Shown: in pieces, positions 37,740 through 47,361 of the stretch
How the letters are laid out: each line of letters opens with the position of its first letter
How positions within the stretch are numbered: the stretch's first letter is position 1
Assembly: GCA_022848865.1 (NCBI GenBank)
Contig: JAJISE010000005.1
Span: forward strand, 2,930 to 66,929
Direction: 5' to 3'
DNA from: Thermoplasmatota archaeon
GTDB lineage: Archaea > Thermoplasmatota > Thermoplasmata > RBG-16-68-12 > JAGMCJ01
Length of the DNA: 64,000 nucleotides
The notes under the pieces: generated by a model
What the model was told of the DNA's origin: nothing
Database searches by the model: none
What the model saw: only the letters and a program-made list of their open reading frames with translations
Position numbers and translations under genes: made by a program

Positions 37740-38510
37740 CTATCTCCTCGATATCTGGGTCCCGGGAGCGCCGTGTCCCATGAGGAACTTCATGAGCCTG
37801 CCGTCCACTCCGCCGTTGATGACCCACGTCTCCACTCCCATGTCAGCGATGTCGAACATGAGCCTGAGCTTCCTGAATATGCCGCCGGTCACGTCGGCCC
37901 GTGCCGTCTCGCCCTCGATCGTCTTGAACGTGTCCCAGTCAAGCTGCTCGATGGCCTTCTCGCCCTCCGCGGGCGGATAGCTCGAGTACACGCCATCGGT
38001 ATCGGTCGCGAACACCGCCTTCTCCGGCTTGAACTCCCGCGATAGCCACAGCATCAGGTCATCGCCCGAGCATATGGCGAACTTCTTCTCCGTGTCGAGA
38101 ACGACGTCGCCGAAGGTCACCGGCATCAGGTCCAGGCGGACGTATTCTTTGAAGGGCTTGTAGTCGATCGACTCCAGTGCACCGTCGTTGAGGCGGACGA
38201 TCGAGCTCGGCGCCAGGGACACGGGCTTGAGCCCCTCCGCGATTAGGGCGTCCATCACCATGAGGTTCAGCGTCTTCACGTCCCTCTGGACGTGCGATAC
38301 TCCTGGGAGCTGCTTATCGTTCAGGTATCCGTCCTCCAGCTTGTGTTCCTTCGCGAGGATGTGCCCGAACGAGCCCGCACCGTGGACGAGGATCATCTCC
38401 ACGCCCGACAAGCCTATCTCCTGTGCAAGGACCCTCATCCTGTCCGCCCGGAAGGTCTTCAGTCGCGCCTTGTCGGTTATCAGGCTCCCACCGAGTTTGA
38501 CCAGCATCAT
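37740..38510 (-). CDS. ipk: Isopentenyl phosphate kinase
   Basis: Amino-acid-kinase fold. MMLVKLGGSLITDK...HGAGSFGH N-terminal motif. Confidence 0.85.
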   Translation of the reverse strand: MMLVKLGGSLITDKARLKTFRADRMRVLAQEIGLSGVEMILVHGAGSFGHILAKEHKLEDGYLNDKQLPGVSHVQRDVKTLNLMVMDALIAEGLKPVSLAPSSIVRLNDGALESIDYKPFKEYVRLDLMPVTFGDVVLDTEKKFAICSGDDLMLWLSREFKPEKAVFATDTDGVYSSYPPAEGEKAIEQLDWDTFKTIEGETARADVTGGIFRKLRLMFDIADMGVETWVINGGVDGRLMKFLMGHGAPGTQISRR

Positions 38511-38598
38511 TGAACGTACCCTGCCTGCGGTGAAAACATCTCATCCATTAATAACCCTTTGGAGCTTCCCGTCCGAAGCTGCGCGGTCCATACGCATG

Positions 38599-39063
38599 CT
38601 ACTTGCTGAGCTCTTCTGCCACCCTCTTGGGCATCTCGTCAAAACGGTCATCCATATGTCTGAATCCCTTCGAGATCGTCTCCGCGAAATCCTTTCCCGC
38701 TTGTGCTATTGCTGTCCCGAGATTCTTTCCGAGAGATTCCACAGCACCCACACCCTTGGCCAATTGCTCGGTATGCAGGAAGTGGATATAGTCGATGACT
38801 TCCATTATGTCACCTCCGTAGTCCTCGACATCAATTATGAATCGCTCTGGGTCATTGCCCATCTTCTTCACGGTCTCGATGTACTCATCAACATTCTTTG
38901 ACTTGCCGCCGACCAGAGCCTCAACTGTTTTCTTGTCCGGAAGATTCTCTGCGAAGAAATGAGTTATGGACTGCTTCTGAGCCTCTTTCAGAAGACAGAG
39001 CCTGAATCCAGCATCTTGGATTGGCCTATCCCCTTCACGAATCACTAGTCTGATCTTCTTCAC
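38599..39063 (-). CDS. Hypothetical protein (154 aa) in a low-GC segment. GTG start with a TATA about 27 nt upstream.
   Basis: Continuous ORF with amphipathic helical composition. Local GC of about 50% against about 62% background. Confidence 0.5.
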   Translation of the reverse strand: MKKIRLVIREGDRPIQDAGFRLCLLKEAQKQSITHFFAENLPDKKTVEALVGGKSKNVDEYIETVKKMGNDPERFIIDVEDYGGDIMEVIDYIHFLHTEQLAKGVGAVESLGKNLGTAIAQAGKDFAETISKGFRHMDDRFDEMPKRVAEELSK

Positions 39064-39203
39064 TGATTGATTACAAATGGCTTTGGCTATTTATATCTGC
39101 CATCGCTTTTGTCGATCATTCGCGATCCACGACAGCCAACGACCTCCGCAGAGGGCCGCGCTTCGAAGCAGTTATATATCCTTCGCATCTATTGATGGAG
39201 GCT

Positions 39204-39719
39204 ATGCCCAGGAAACCCGCGAGGATGTACACGCCCATACGGGGTCAGTCCTACACCCGCAAGAAGTATATGGGCGGCGTCCCCGCCCTAAGGATCACCC
39301 AGTTCGACGCAGGCAGCAGGGACAAGCACTTCCCGGTTTCCGTGACCCTCCATGCGAAGGAGGCGTGCCAAATAAGGCATATCGCCCTGGAGGCCGCCCG
39401 TGTCACGGCGAACAGGTACATCCAAAAGCAGGCGGGAAGGGACTACCACCTCAAGATCAGGATATACCCGCACAACGTGCTCAGGGAGAACAAGATTGCC
39501 CAGGGCGCCGGCGCGGACAGGATATCCGAGGGAATGCGCCACGCGTTCGGGAAGGCCGTCGGGACCGCGGCCAGGATCAAGAGAGGTCAGGCCCTCATAA
39601 CGCTCAGGGTCAATCACTCGAACATCGCCGATGCGAAAGAGGCCCTGAGAAAGGCAGGCGCGAAGATCCCGACACCGATAAGGATTCGGATCACTGAGAA
39701 CGAGAAGAAGTGGATCTGA
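39204..39719 (+). CDS. rpl10e: Ribosomal protein L10e (uL16)
   Basis: MPRKPARMYT... N-terminus. uL16 fold motifs. Confidence 0.85.
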   Translation: MPRKPARMYTPIRGQSYTRKKYMGGVPALRITQFDAGSRDKHFPVSVTLHAKEACQIRHIALEAARVTANRYIQKQAGRDYHLKIRIYPHNVLRENKIAQGAGADRISEGMRHAFGKAVGTAARIKRGQALITLRVNHSNIADAKEALRKAGAKIPTPIRIRITENEKKWI

Positions 39720-39760
39720 TTCCAGCAAGCTTTTTTACAGAAGAGCACCTACCTGAGCAT

Positions 39761-41248
39761 ATGCCGTCCCGAAGGATCGCCTTGCTTGAGGATCTGTCGG
39801 AAAAGGAACTGGCGCGGTCCGGTGTCACAATATCCACCCTCGCGAGGATTGGGCGAATCGCGACCATTCCCAAGGCCTTTGTTGTCTCCCGTCAGGTCTT
39901 CGACGAGTTCCGGTCCATGAAGGAGGGTGCCTCCGAGCGGCTTATCCCGTGGTCCGTCGAGCTGGAGGTCGCGAGGGCGTTCGACCGCCTCGGTTCGAGC
40001 GTCGTCAACGTCATGCCCAGCCCTTCATATCCATCGGAGATTTCGGGCTCGTACGTGTCCGACAAGGCGTCCCTGGTGACGGAGATCAGGAAGACGATGG
40101 TGGAGTTCCTCTCCGAGGAAGAGGAGGACTTCAGGAAAGGGGAAGAGGTGGCCGCCTACAGGCTCGCGTTCCTTGTCCAGGAGATCCCCCCGCACAGCGT
40201 TTCAGGCTCCGTCGAGGGGGCGGGCGAGGGGAAGTACGACGTCAAGGCCCTGCTCGGGCTCCCCGTTGACCTCAGCTCATCGGACACCATGACGATCGAC
40301 GAGGAGGGTTCATCGGTCGACATGACAATCCTCTCGCAGGAGAGGAAGTGGGTCGCGGAGGAGGCGGGAATGGAGGAGGTCGACGTCGAGAAGGAGCTCA
40401 GGCGGGAGTCGAAGGTCCCGCCGGACATGATGAAGAAGCTCTCCGCGCTCGGCGAAAGACTGACCAGGAAGATAGGACCCGGCGCGTTCCACTGGTACCT
40501 GAAGGACCGGATCTTCATCGTGTGGAACGTCTCCCTTGTCGAGGAGCTGCCTGAGCCCACTCCGGAGCCGAGGGAGGATACGATCGAGGTGAGGAGGCGG
40601 GTCCCCTCCAGTGAGACGAGCATATTCCTCATGTCCAAGTCCCCGCCCGAGAGCGTGGAAGGGGCGGAGATCCAAGGGCTGTTCCTCGTCCCGTCCGAGG
40701 GTGCCCAGCCCGTCGCGGATGAGCTCCTCAGGCTCTCCGAGGACCTGAGGCCAAGGCCGATCGTCGTCCTAGCGGGCGGCAAGGGCATAGAGTCTTTGGC
40801 GGGCGCTCGAAAGGAGGGAGGCAAGAACATATGGCCGATGTTCGATGCCAGCGCTTCGCATTCCGAGGAGATCACGAAGTCCGCGGCGGAAAAGGGGCTC
40901 AAGCGGTCGAAGGAGCTTCCGTTCTGGCTGGAGGTCGGTTCACCAACGTCGCTCCTTCTCCTCAAGGATGCGGCGGGGAGGTTCGACGGCGTGTTCATCC
41001 CGATCGACAAGATCGTGAACAAGATGGACGCCCCGGAGGACAAGCGGTTCGGCATGGCACTCTCGGCCGTCGGTGCGACCGTGGACGAGACCCACGAGCG
41101 CGGTCTGGTCGTGGCGATAGGGACCTCCAACCGCGAGCGGCTCGGAGAGCTGTGGAAGTACTGCGCGGAAAGGGGGATCGACATACTCGCCGTCGATGAC
41201 AGACTTATAGATGATACGCTGTCCCTGTGGCGGGCAGAGGAGGTGTGA
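39761..41248 (+). CDS. PEP-utilising-enzyme-like protein with the PPDK/PEP-synthase N-terminal nucleotide-binding domain. It appears to lack a recognisable phospho-histidine swivel domain.
   Basis: The N-terminal region resembles the pyruvate phosphate dikinase PEP/pyruvate-binding domain. Start chosen at MPSRRIALLED. Confidence 0.5.
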   Translation: MPSRRIALLEDLSEKELARSGVTISTLARIGRIATIPKAFVVSRQVFDEFRSMKEGASERLIPWSVELEVARAFDRLGSSVVNVMPSPSYPSEISGSYVSDKASLVTEIRKTMVEFLSEEEEDFRKGEEVAAYRLAFLVQEIPPHSVSGSVEGAGEGKYDVKALLGLPVDLSSSDTMTIDEEGSSVDMTILSQERKWVAEEAGMEEVDVEKELRRESKVPPDMMKKLSALGERLTRKIGPGAFHWYLKDRIFIVWNVSLVEELPEPTPEPREDTIEVRRRVPSSETSIFLMSKSPPESVEGAEIQGLFLVPSEGAQPVADELLRLSEDLRPRPIVVLAGGKGIESLAGARKEGGKNIWPMFDASASHSEEITKSAAEKGLKRSKELPFWLEVGSPTSLLLLKDAAGRFDGVFIPIDKIVNKMDAPEDKRFGMALSAVGATVDETHERGLVVAIGTSNRERLGELWKYCAERGIDILAVDDRLIDDTLSLWRAEEV

Positions 41249-42387
41249 TGATGCTGCAGAAGGGATTGGAATACGATGACGTGATATCCGAAGTCGAGAA
41301 GGCCCTCTCGGAGGACTTCCACTTCGAGGATGGAAAGATACTAGGATCGATGTGCACCCAGCCGTTGGACGTGGCAATCGACACGCACGGCATGTTCATC
41401 GAGAGCAACCTGGGGAACCCGGGACTCTATCCAGGGACGAGGAGGCTGGAGGGCAAGATCGTTGAGATGATGGGCGAGCTGCTGAACGGAAAGGGTGTGA
41501 CGGGGCGCGTCCTGGAGGGCGGGACCGAGGCGAACCTCACCGCCCTGTGGATCGCGCGCAACCTCACGGGAAGGAAGGAGGTCATACTCGGCAGCAACGC
41601 GCACTTCTCGATCAGAAAGGCGTGCGACATACTGAAGATGATGCCCAGAGAGGTCGACGTGGACGAGAACCACGTGATGGACGTCGGCGAGGTGGAGAAG
41701 CACATCGGTGATGACACGGCCGCCGTGGTCGCGACAGCCGGCACGACCGAGTTCGGTCTTGTGGACCCGATAGACAAGCTGTCCGAGGTCTGCAAGGAGC
41801 GGACGTGGTTCCATGTCGACGCCGCGTGGGGGGGCTTCATCCTCCCGTTCCTGGACGACGCGCCCGCCTTCGACTTCAGTAATGCTGGGCTCAGCTCCAT
41901 GAACGCTGACGGACACAAGATGGGGATGTCCACGATCCCATCCGCCGTGTTCCTGCTGAGGAAGGAGGAGGACCTGCAGAACATCGCCTTCGAGTCGCCC
42001 TACCTCACCAGTGTGTTCCAGACCACGGTGCTGGGCACGAGGGCCAGCGCGGGCGTACCCTCCCTGTACGCGACGATGATGTCGATGGGAAGGGATGGCT
42101 ACAGGGAGAACGTGGAGAACTGCATGTCGCGAACCAGGCAACTGACGAGAGCGGTCAAGGACATGGGGCTCAGCCTCGTCACCGAGCCGGTCACGAACAT
42201 CCTGGCGGTTAAGCTCAGGGACCCGGTCGGCGTGAAGGAGCACCTCGAAAGGAGGGGGTGGCACCTCTCCCTGACGAAGCACCCGGAGGCACTGAGGCTG
42301 GTCGTCATGCCGCACGCGACGGAGGAGACCCTCAACGTCCTCATCGAAGACATGATCAGCGCGTGCCGAGAAATGGGTGAGATATGA
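41248..42387 (+). CDS. mfnA: PLP-dependent L-tyrosine/L-aspartate decarboxylase (MfnA family)
   Basis: Group II decarboxylase motifs. Lys in SMNADGHKMG. About 380 aa. Confidence 0.8.
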   Translation: MMLQKGLEYDDVISEVEKALSEDFHFEDGKILGSMCTQPLDVAIDTHGMFIESNLGNPGLYPGTRRLEGKIVEMMGELLNGKGVTGRVLEGGTEANLTALWIARNLTGRKEVILGSNAHFSIRKACDILKMMPREVDVDENHVMDVGEVEKHIGDDTAAVVATAGTTEFGLVDPIDKLSEVCKERTWFHVDAAWGGFILPFLDDAPAFDFSNAGLSSMNADGHKMGMSTIPSAVFLLRKEEDLQNIAFESPYLTSVFQTTVLGTRASAGVPSLYATMMSMGRDGYRENVENCMSRTRQLTRAVKDMGLSLVTEPVTNILAVKLRDPVGVKEHLERRGWHLSLTKHPEALRLVVMPHATEETLNVLIEDMISACREMGEI

Positions 42388-43382
42388 TCGGGGACTGGGA
42401 AATCCAGAAGATGGCGGACGAGATCGTCCGTTTGAAGGCCAAGAGCGTCGCCATCCAGTTCCCCGACGGCCTGAGGAAGAGGATGGTCGATGTCGTCCTC
42501 GAGCTCAAGGGGAAGATCGACGCGAGCATCTATCTCTGGGGTGACCCCTGCTACGGCGCCTGCGACGTTGCTGATGCGCCCGTGGACCTGATCTTCCACA
42601 TGGGTCACGCTCCGATTGGGAACATCGAGTCGAAGAACGTCGTGTACATGGAGCTGCAGAAGGAGCTGCCGGACACGGACCTTCTCGAGAGGGCCATCCC
42701 GTCCCTGGGGGAGAAGACAGGGCTCATCTCCAGCGTCCAGTACGTCCCGGAACTCCTGCGGGTGAGGCAATCCCTCGCCGCGAAGGGCGTGGAGGCGGTC
42801 ATCGGAGAGGGAGACTCCAGACTGTCCTACCCGGGCCAGGTGCTCGGATGCAATTTCTCCTCGGCCAGATCGGTGGCGGGTGATGTGGACTCGTTCCTAT
42901 ATCTGGGGGAAGGGAACTTCCACCCGATAGGGGTCGCTCTGGCAACGGGAAAGAAGGTCGTCGTCCTCGACCCGGAGCGGGACGAGGTGCGGGACATCGA
43001 TGACGCCGTCGATGAGATGAAGCGGTTGAGGTTCGCGGCGATGGAGATCGCGCGGCCCGCCGAGACCTTCGGGATAATCGTCTCAAAGAAGGTCGGCCAG
43101 AACAGGCTGGAGCTAGCAAACTCGCTCGAGGAGCTCCTCCGGGAGAAGGGCAAGAGGTCGGTCACGATACTGCTTGACTACGTCACCCCTGAGAATCTCA
43201 TGGGCCTCGGGGTCGACGCATTCGTCTCCACCGCCTGCCCGAGGGTGGCGGTCGACGAGCAGGCGAGGTTCGACAAGCCCATTCTGACACCGACGGAGCT
43301 GAGGATTCTGCTGGGCGATATGGAGTGGGAAGACTACACGCTGGACGAGATCCTCGGCGGTGATAGTTTTAATAGCGCCTGA
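42384..43382 (+). CDS. dph2: 2-(3-amino-3-carboxypropyl)histidine synthase (diphthamide biosynthesis, Dph2)
   Basis: WGDPCYGACD motif. Three-domain Dph2 architecture. Confidence 0.8.
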   Translation: MIGDWEIQKMADEIVRLKAKSVAIQFPDGLRKRMVDVVLELKGKIDASIYLWGDPCYGACDVADAPVDLIFHMGHAPIGNIESKNVVYMELQKELPDTDLLERAIPSLGEKTGLISSVQYVPELLRVRQSLAAKGVEAVIGEGDSRLSYPGQVLGCNFSSARSVAGDVDSFLYLGEGNFHPIGVALATGKKVVVLDPERDEVRDIDDAVDEMKRLRFAAMEIARPAETFGIIVSKKVGQNRLELANSLEELLREKGKRSVTILLDYVTPENLMGLGVDAFVSTACPRVAVDEQARFDKPILTPTELRILLGDMEWEDYTLDEILGGDSFNSA

Positions 43383-43396
43383 CACATGGTGAGGAC

Positions 43397-43876
43397 ATGA
43401 AACTCGAGATCGACGGATGGAAGTCCCGGATCAGGTTCTCCGCATCACACATCGTCCCGACCTCCGAGAAGTGCGAGAGGCTTCACGGTCACGATTACGC
43501 TGTCCACATCAAGGTCAAGGGGGAGCCGGATTCCACCGGGATGATAATGGACTTCACGATCCTCAAGAGGGCGCTCAGGGAGGTGGTCGAGGAGCTGGAC
43601 CACAGGGTCCTGCTTCCCGCCAAGAGTCCGCACATGAAGATCGAAGAGGGAGAGTCCATACGCGTCACCGTCGGAGAGAAGAACTACAGCCTCCCGCCGG
43701 AGGACGTAAGGATCCTGGACATGGTCGCCACGAGCGCCGAGCACATCGCTCAGTACATCCTGAAGAGACTGACCGAGGAGATCGAGGTCCCGGCCAACGT
43801 GAGCAAGATCAAGATCGGTGTGGACGAAGGACCTGGGCAGGGCGCATGGGCATCCATGAACTGCAAACCCGCCTGA
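43397..43876 (+). CDS. queD: 6-carboxy-5,6,7,8-tetrahydropterin synthase (QueD/PTPS family)
   Basis: SASH...CERLHGHDY zinc/catalytic motif. Confidence 0.8.
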   Translation: MKLEIDGWKSRIRFSASHIVPTSEKCERLHGHDYAVHIKVKGEPDSTGMIMDFTILKRALREVVEELDHRVLLPAKSPHMKIEEGESIRVTVGEKNYSLPPEDVRILDMVATSAEHIAQYILKRLTEEIEVPANVSKIKIGVDEGPGQGAWASMNCKPA

Positions 43877-43929
43877 ATCGGGCCCGAAACGAAGAAAAGT
43901 TTATGCGTACACACCGAGTTCACAGTGCG

Positions 43930-44610
43930 ATGAGCAAGTCCATAGTTCTACTTTCGGGGGGATTGGATTCGGCGACGACCCTCGCCATCGCGAAGCAGGA
44001 GAGCGACGAGGTCTACGCCCTGACGTTCGACTACGGTCAGAGGCACCGCAAGGAAGTGGAGAGGGCGAAGGCCATCGCGGACCAGCTGGGAGTGAAGGAG
44101 CACAAGATATTGGAGATCGGGCTAGACGAGCTGGGCGGCTCCGCCCTGACGGATGCGTCCGAGCCCATACCCGACTACCGCGACTTCGAGACCATGAAGG
44201 AGGAGATACCTTCGACCTACGTGCCAGCAAGGAACCTCGTTCTGCTCAGCTGCGCTCTGGCCTGGTCAGAGGCCCTGGGGGCGGGAGCCATCTACATAGG
44301 TGCGAACGCCCGCGACTACAGCGGCTACCCGGACTGCAGGCCCAGCTTCTACAAGGCGTTCCAGAGAGCGGCCGAACTGGGCACGAGATCGGGAGTCGAG
44401 AACCACGCGGCGGAGATCCGCCACCCGCTGATCAACATGAGAAAGGCGGACATAATCAAGAAGGGCACGGACCTGGGCGTCCCGTTCGAGCTCACGTGGA
44501 GCTGCTACAGGGGCGGGGAGATGCCCTGCGGGAAGTGCGACTCCTGCCGGATCAGGATGAAGGGGTTCGTCGAGGCCGGACTGGACGACCCGCTGAGCTA
44601 CGATGGGTAG
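43930..44610 (+). CDS. queC: 7-cyano-7-deazaguanine synthase
   Basis: SGGLDS PP-loop. C-terminal CxxC...CxxC zinc site. The track ORF is trimmed to MSKSIVLLSGGLDS. Confidence 0.85.
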   Translation: MSKSIVLLSGGLDSATTLAIAKQESDEVYALTFDYGQRHRKEVERAKAIADQLGVKEHKILEIGLDELGGSALTDASEPIPDYRDFETMKEEIPSTYVPARNLVLLSCALAWSEALGAGAIYIGANARDYSGYPDCRPSFYKAFQRAAELGTRSGVENHAAEIRHPLINMRKADIIKKGTDLGVPFELTWSCYRGGEMPCGKCDSCRIRMKGFVEAGLDDPLSYDG

Positions 44611-44638
44611 AGGGCAACGATAACCTGGGCGTTGAAGG

Positions 44639-45268
44639 ATGATAATCAACGAGATCTTCAAGTCCCTCCAGGGAGAGGGGATAGAGATGGGCGTGCCCAC
44701 GGTATTCGTCAGGCTGACTGGCTGCCCGCTCAGGTGCAGGTGGTGCGACCAGGAGGACGCCTGGACGAGCGGGAAGTCAATGGCCATCGAGGAGGTCCTG
44801 GACGCCGTGGGGAGCTACGACTGCTCCTACGTCTGCGTCACGGGCGGGGAGCCGCTGGCGCAGGACGAGGCCATCGGCCTGATCACGCGACTGCTGGACT
44901 CGGGGCACATGGTCTCCGTCGAGACAGGCGGCTCCGAGCCCCTGCAAGAACTGCCCTGCTCGAATGCCCTCATGATCAGCCTGGACATCAAGTGCCCGTC
45001 GTCGGGAATGCACGAGAAGATGGACTTCACGAACATCGAGCTGCTCTCGCCCTCGGACCAGCTGAAGCTCGTCGTCGCCGACAAGGAGGACTACGCCTAC
45101 GCGAAATCGATCATCGAGAAGTACAAGCCTCAGTGCGCCATCGTGATGCAGCCCGTCGGCGGAAGGGATCTGAGATGGCTCGCCGAGAGCGTGCTCGAGG
45201 ACAACCTCCGAGCGAGGGTCCTGCCCCAGCTCCACAAAATCATATGGGGAGACAAGAGCGGCGTCTAG
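44639..45268 (+). CDS. queE: 7-carboxy-7-deazaguanine synthase (radical SAM)
   Basis: CPLRCRWCD radical-SAM cluster motif. Confidence 0.85.
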   Translation: MIINEIFKSLQGEGIEMGVPTVFVRLTGCPLRCRWCDQEDAWTSGKSMAIEEVLDAVGSYDCSYVCVTGGEPLAQDEAIGLITRLLDSGHMVSVETGGSEPLQELPCSNALMISLDIKCPSSGMHEKMDFTNIELLSPSDQLKLVVADKEDYAYAKSIIEKYKPQCAIVMQPVGGRDLRWLAESVLEDNLRARVLPQLHKIIWGDKSGV

Positions 45269-46074
45269 GCCCCGACCCAGACGTTCTCCTTGGCCTTCTT
45301 CACGGCGGATATCGCGGACAGTGCCGCGAGCAGGCTCGTCTTCGGGTTCGACGGGGAGGGCAGATTCCTGCAGCTCACTTCGATCTCGCCGATGTCCCCC
45401 TTCACGATGAGCCTGTGGGTGTTCATCTTCGCGCTCGGATCGGCCACGAGCCTGACCTTGGTCTTCTCGAACCCGATGCCCGCGAGGCTCACGGTCGCTG
45501 CGACGTTTATGTTCCTGGGGAAGTAGCGGACCGCGTCCCGCGCGTGGCCCTCGAAGATTATCGTCGCCCTCTCGAGGGAATCGAGGTCGACCCGCCTGTC
45601 CTCCAAGTACCTCACTCCCTTGAACGCCTCGGGGGGCTTGTAGCTGATGAGGAGGACCTCGTTGATCTTCCCGCAGGACGCGGCGGCGAGACCGTCGATC
45701 CCCGCCAAAGCGCCGGAGGGGATGTACACCCTGCACTTGTTCTTCTTGGCCATCAGCCTGCACTTCGCCCTGAACTCGTCGTCGACCAGCGCACCGACGC
45801 TCATCACGAGGACGTCCTTTCCCTTCTCCAGGGCCATTGGAACGTATTTGCGGGCCGCGTCCTGGGAGGCCGCCTCGATGACCATGTCGACCCTCTCCAT
45901 CACGGCCTTCGGCTCCCTCTGGTATCGGACCTTCGTGGACGATTTGACGAGCTCTTCGACCTTCTCCTTCCTCTTGTCGGAGATGTATATGATGTCGATG
46001 TCGCCCATCTTCTCCAGTGCCCTGGCGAGCTCCGTTCCGATGGACCCGCAACCGATGATGTTGACCTTCATCAA
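45265..46074 (-). CDS. nadX: L-aspartate dehydrogenase
   Basis: N-terminal Rossmann motif GCGSIG. Asp-DH C-terminal domain. Confidence 0.8.
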   Translation of the reverse strand: MMKVNIIGCGSIGTELARALEKMGDIDIIYISDKRKEKVEELVKSSTKVRYQREPKAVMERVDMVIEAASQDAARKYVPMALEKGKDVLVMSVGALVDDEFRAKCRLMAKKNKCRVYIPSGALAGIDGLAAASCGKINEVLLISYKPPEAFKGVRYLEDRRVDLDSLERATIIFEGHARDAVRYFPRNINVAATVSLAGIGFEKTKVRLVADPSAKMNTHRLIVKGDIGEIEVSCRNLPSPSNPKTSLLAALSAISAVKKAKENVWVGA

Positions 46075-46186
46075 TATCCCGCCTGAACCATAAGTGCCCC
46101 GATAATAAAGCTAACGGAGCGGCTATCAGGCGAAGGAAAGCCTCAATAACCCATTCGCGGATACTCCGCCAACGAAGTGAGCGGGA

Positions 46187-46606
46187 ATGAGCGACGAGAA
46201 GCCGGCATACGAGCTGATCGAGCACACGGCCGACGTGGCGGTGAAGGGCTACGGCAGGGACCTGAACGAGATGTTCGCCAACGCGGCCTTGGGCATGTTC
46301 AACGTCATGACGGACACGTCCGCGGTGAAGAGCGTCGGGGAGTACAGGGTCGAAGTGGAATCCACCGACCTGGAGGGCCTGCTGGTCGACTGGCTGACAG
46401 AGCTGTTGTACCTCTTCGACACGCAGGACGTCCTGCTGAGGGAATTCGACGTCGGCATCGATGGCAACAAGCTCACCGCCACGGTGAGAGGCGAGAACCT
46501 GGACAGGGAGAGACACCCGCTGAAATCCGACGTGAAGGCGGCGACGTACCACATGCTCGAGATCAATGAGGAAGAGGGATACGTCATTGTGCTCTTGGAC
46601 ATATGA
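46187..46606 (+). CDS. Archease (RtcB tRNA ligase cofactor)
   Basis: About 140 aa with a YELIEHTADV N-terminus typical of archease. Confidence 0.8.
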   Translation: MSDEKPAYELIEHTADVAVKGYGRDLNEMFANAALGMFNVMTDTSAVKSVGEYRVEVESTDLEGLLVDWLTELLYLFDTQDVLLREFDVGIDGNKLTATVRGENLDRERHPLKSDVKAATYHMLEINEEEGYVIVLLDI

Positions 46607-47361
46607 GTGAAATGATGATCAAGGCAATCACTTTCGATCTTTGGCACACGGTCCTCGAGGAACCGATGGAGAACTTCGCCGAGTTCCTCAGGGAGAACAG
46701 AACGAAGGCGATGGAGCAGGTCTTCGAGGCGCACGGTCTCCCGCAGCCATTGGAGGATATCGAGCGGGCCTACGACGTCCAAGGCCAGAAGCTATGGGAC
46801 ATATGGAGCAGAGGAGTGGACATCGCCGAGGAAGCCCAGATGGGCATCGTTCTCTCCGAGCTGGGAATCTCTGCGGACATTGCCAACGACGGTCTCGAGG
46901 AGAATCTGCTGGATGTCTACCACGAGGTCCTGGCGCGCGTCCCTCCCGTCCCTTTCGACGGAGCGGAGCAGCTCCTCGGCGGGCTGAGGGACAGGGGCAT
47001 TTCCCTGGCGATCATCTCGAACACTGGACGCACCGGTGGGGCGTTCTTCCGGGAGCTGATGGAAGGGTACGGCCTGGCGAGGTTCTTCGACGTGATGGTG
47101 TTCTCGAACGAGGCTCGGATAAGGAAGCCGAACAAGGAGATCTTCCTCGGAACGCTCGAGAGGTTGCGTGTGAGTCCCGAAGAGGCCATGCACGTGGGCG
47201 ATGATTCCGACAGCGATGTCGTTGGAGCGAAGAATGCGGGGATGAAAGGCATCCTCCTGCTCATCCCGGGAAGGGACCCGGAGAGGGGGGACCCTGACTT
47301 CGTCGTGACAAAGCTCTCGGAGATACTGGACATACTCAAAGAGCTGGAGGGGGCGGATTGA
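46603..47361 (+). CDS. HAD-superfamily hydrolase (subfamily IA)
   Basis: Motif I FDLWHT (DxD-type variant). Motif IV GDDSDSD. Confidence 0.75.
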   Translation: MSEMMIKAITFDLWHTVLEEPMENFAEFLRENRTKAMEQVFEAHGLPQPLEDIERAYDVQGQKLWDIWSRGVDIAEEAQMGIVLSELGISADIANDGLEENLLDVYHEVLARVPPVPFDGAEQLLGGLRDRGISLAIISNTGRTGGAFFRELMEGYGLARFFDVMVFSNEARIRKPNKEIFLGTLERLRVSPEEAMHVGDDSDSDVVGAKNAGMKGILLLIPGRDPERGDPDFVVTKLSEILDILKELEGAD

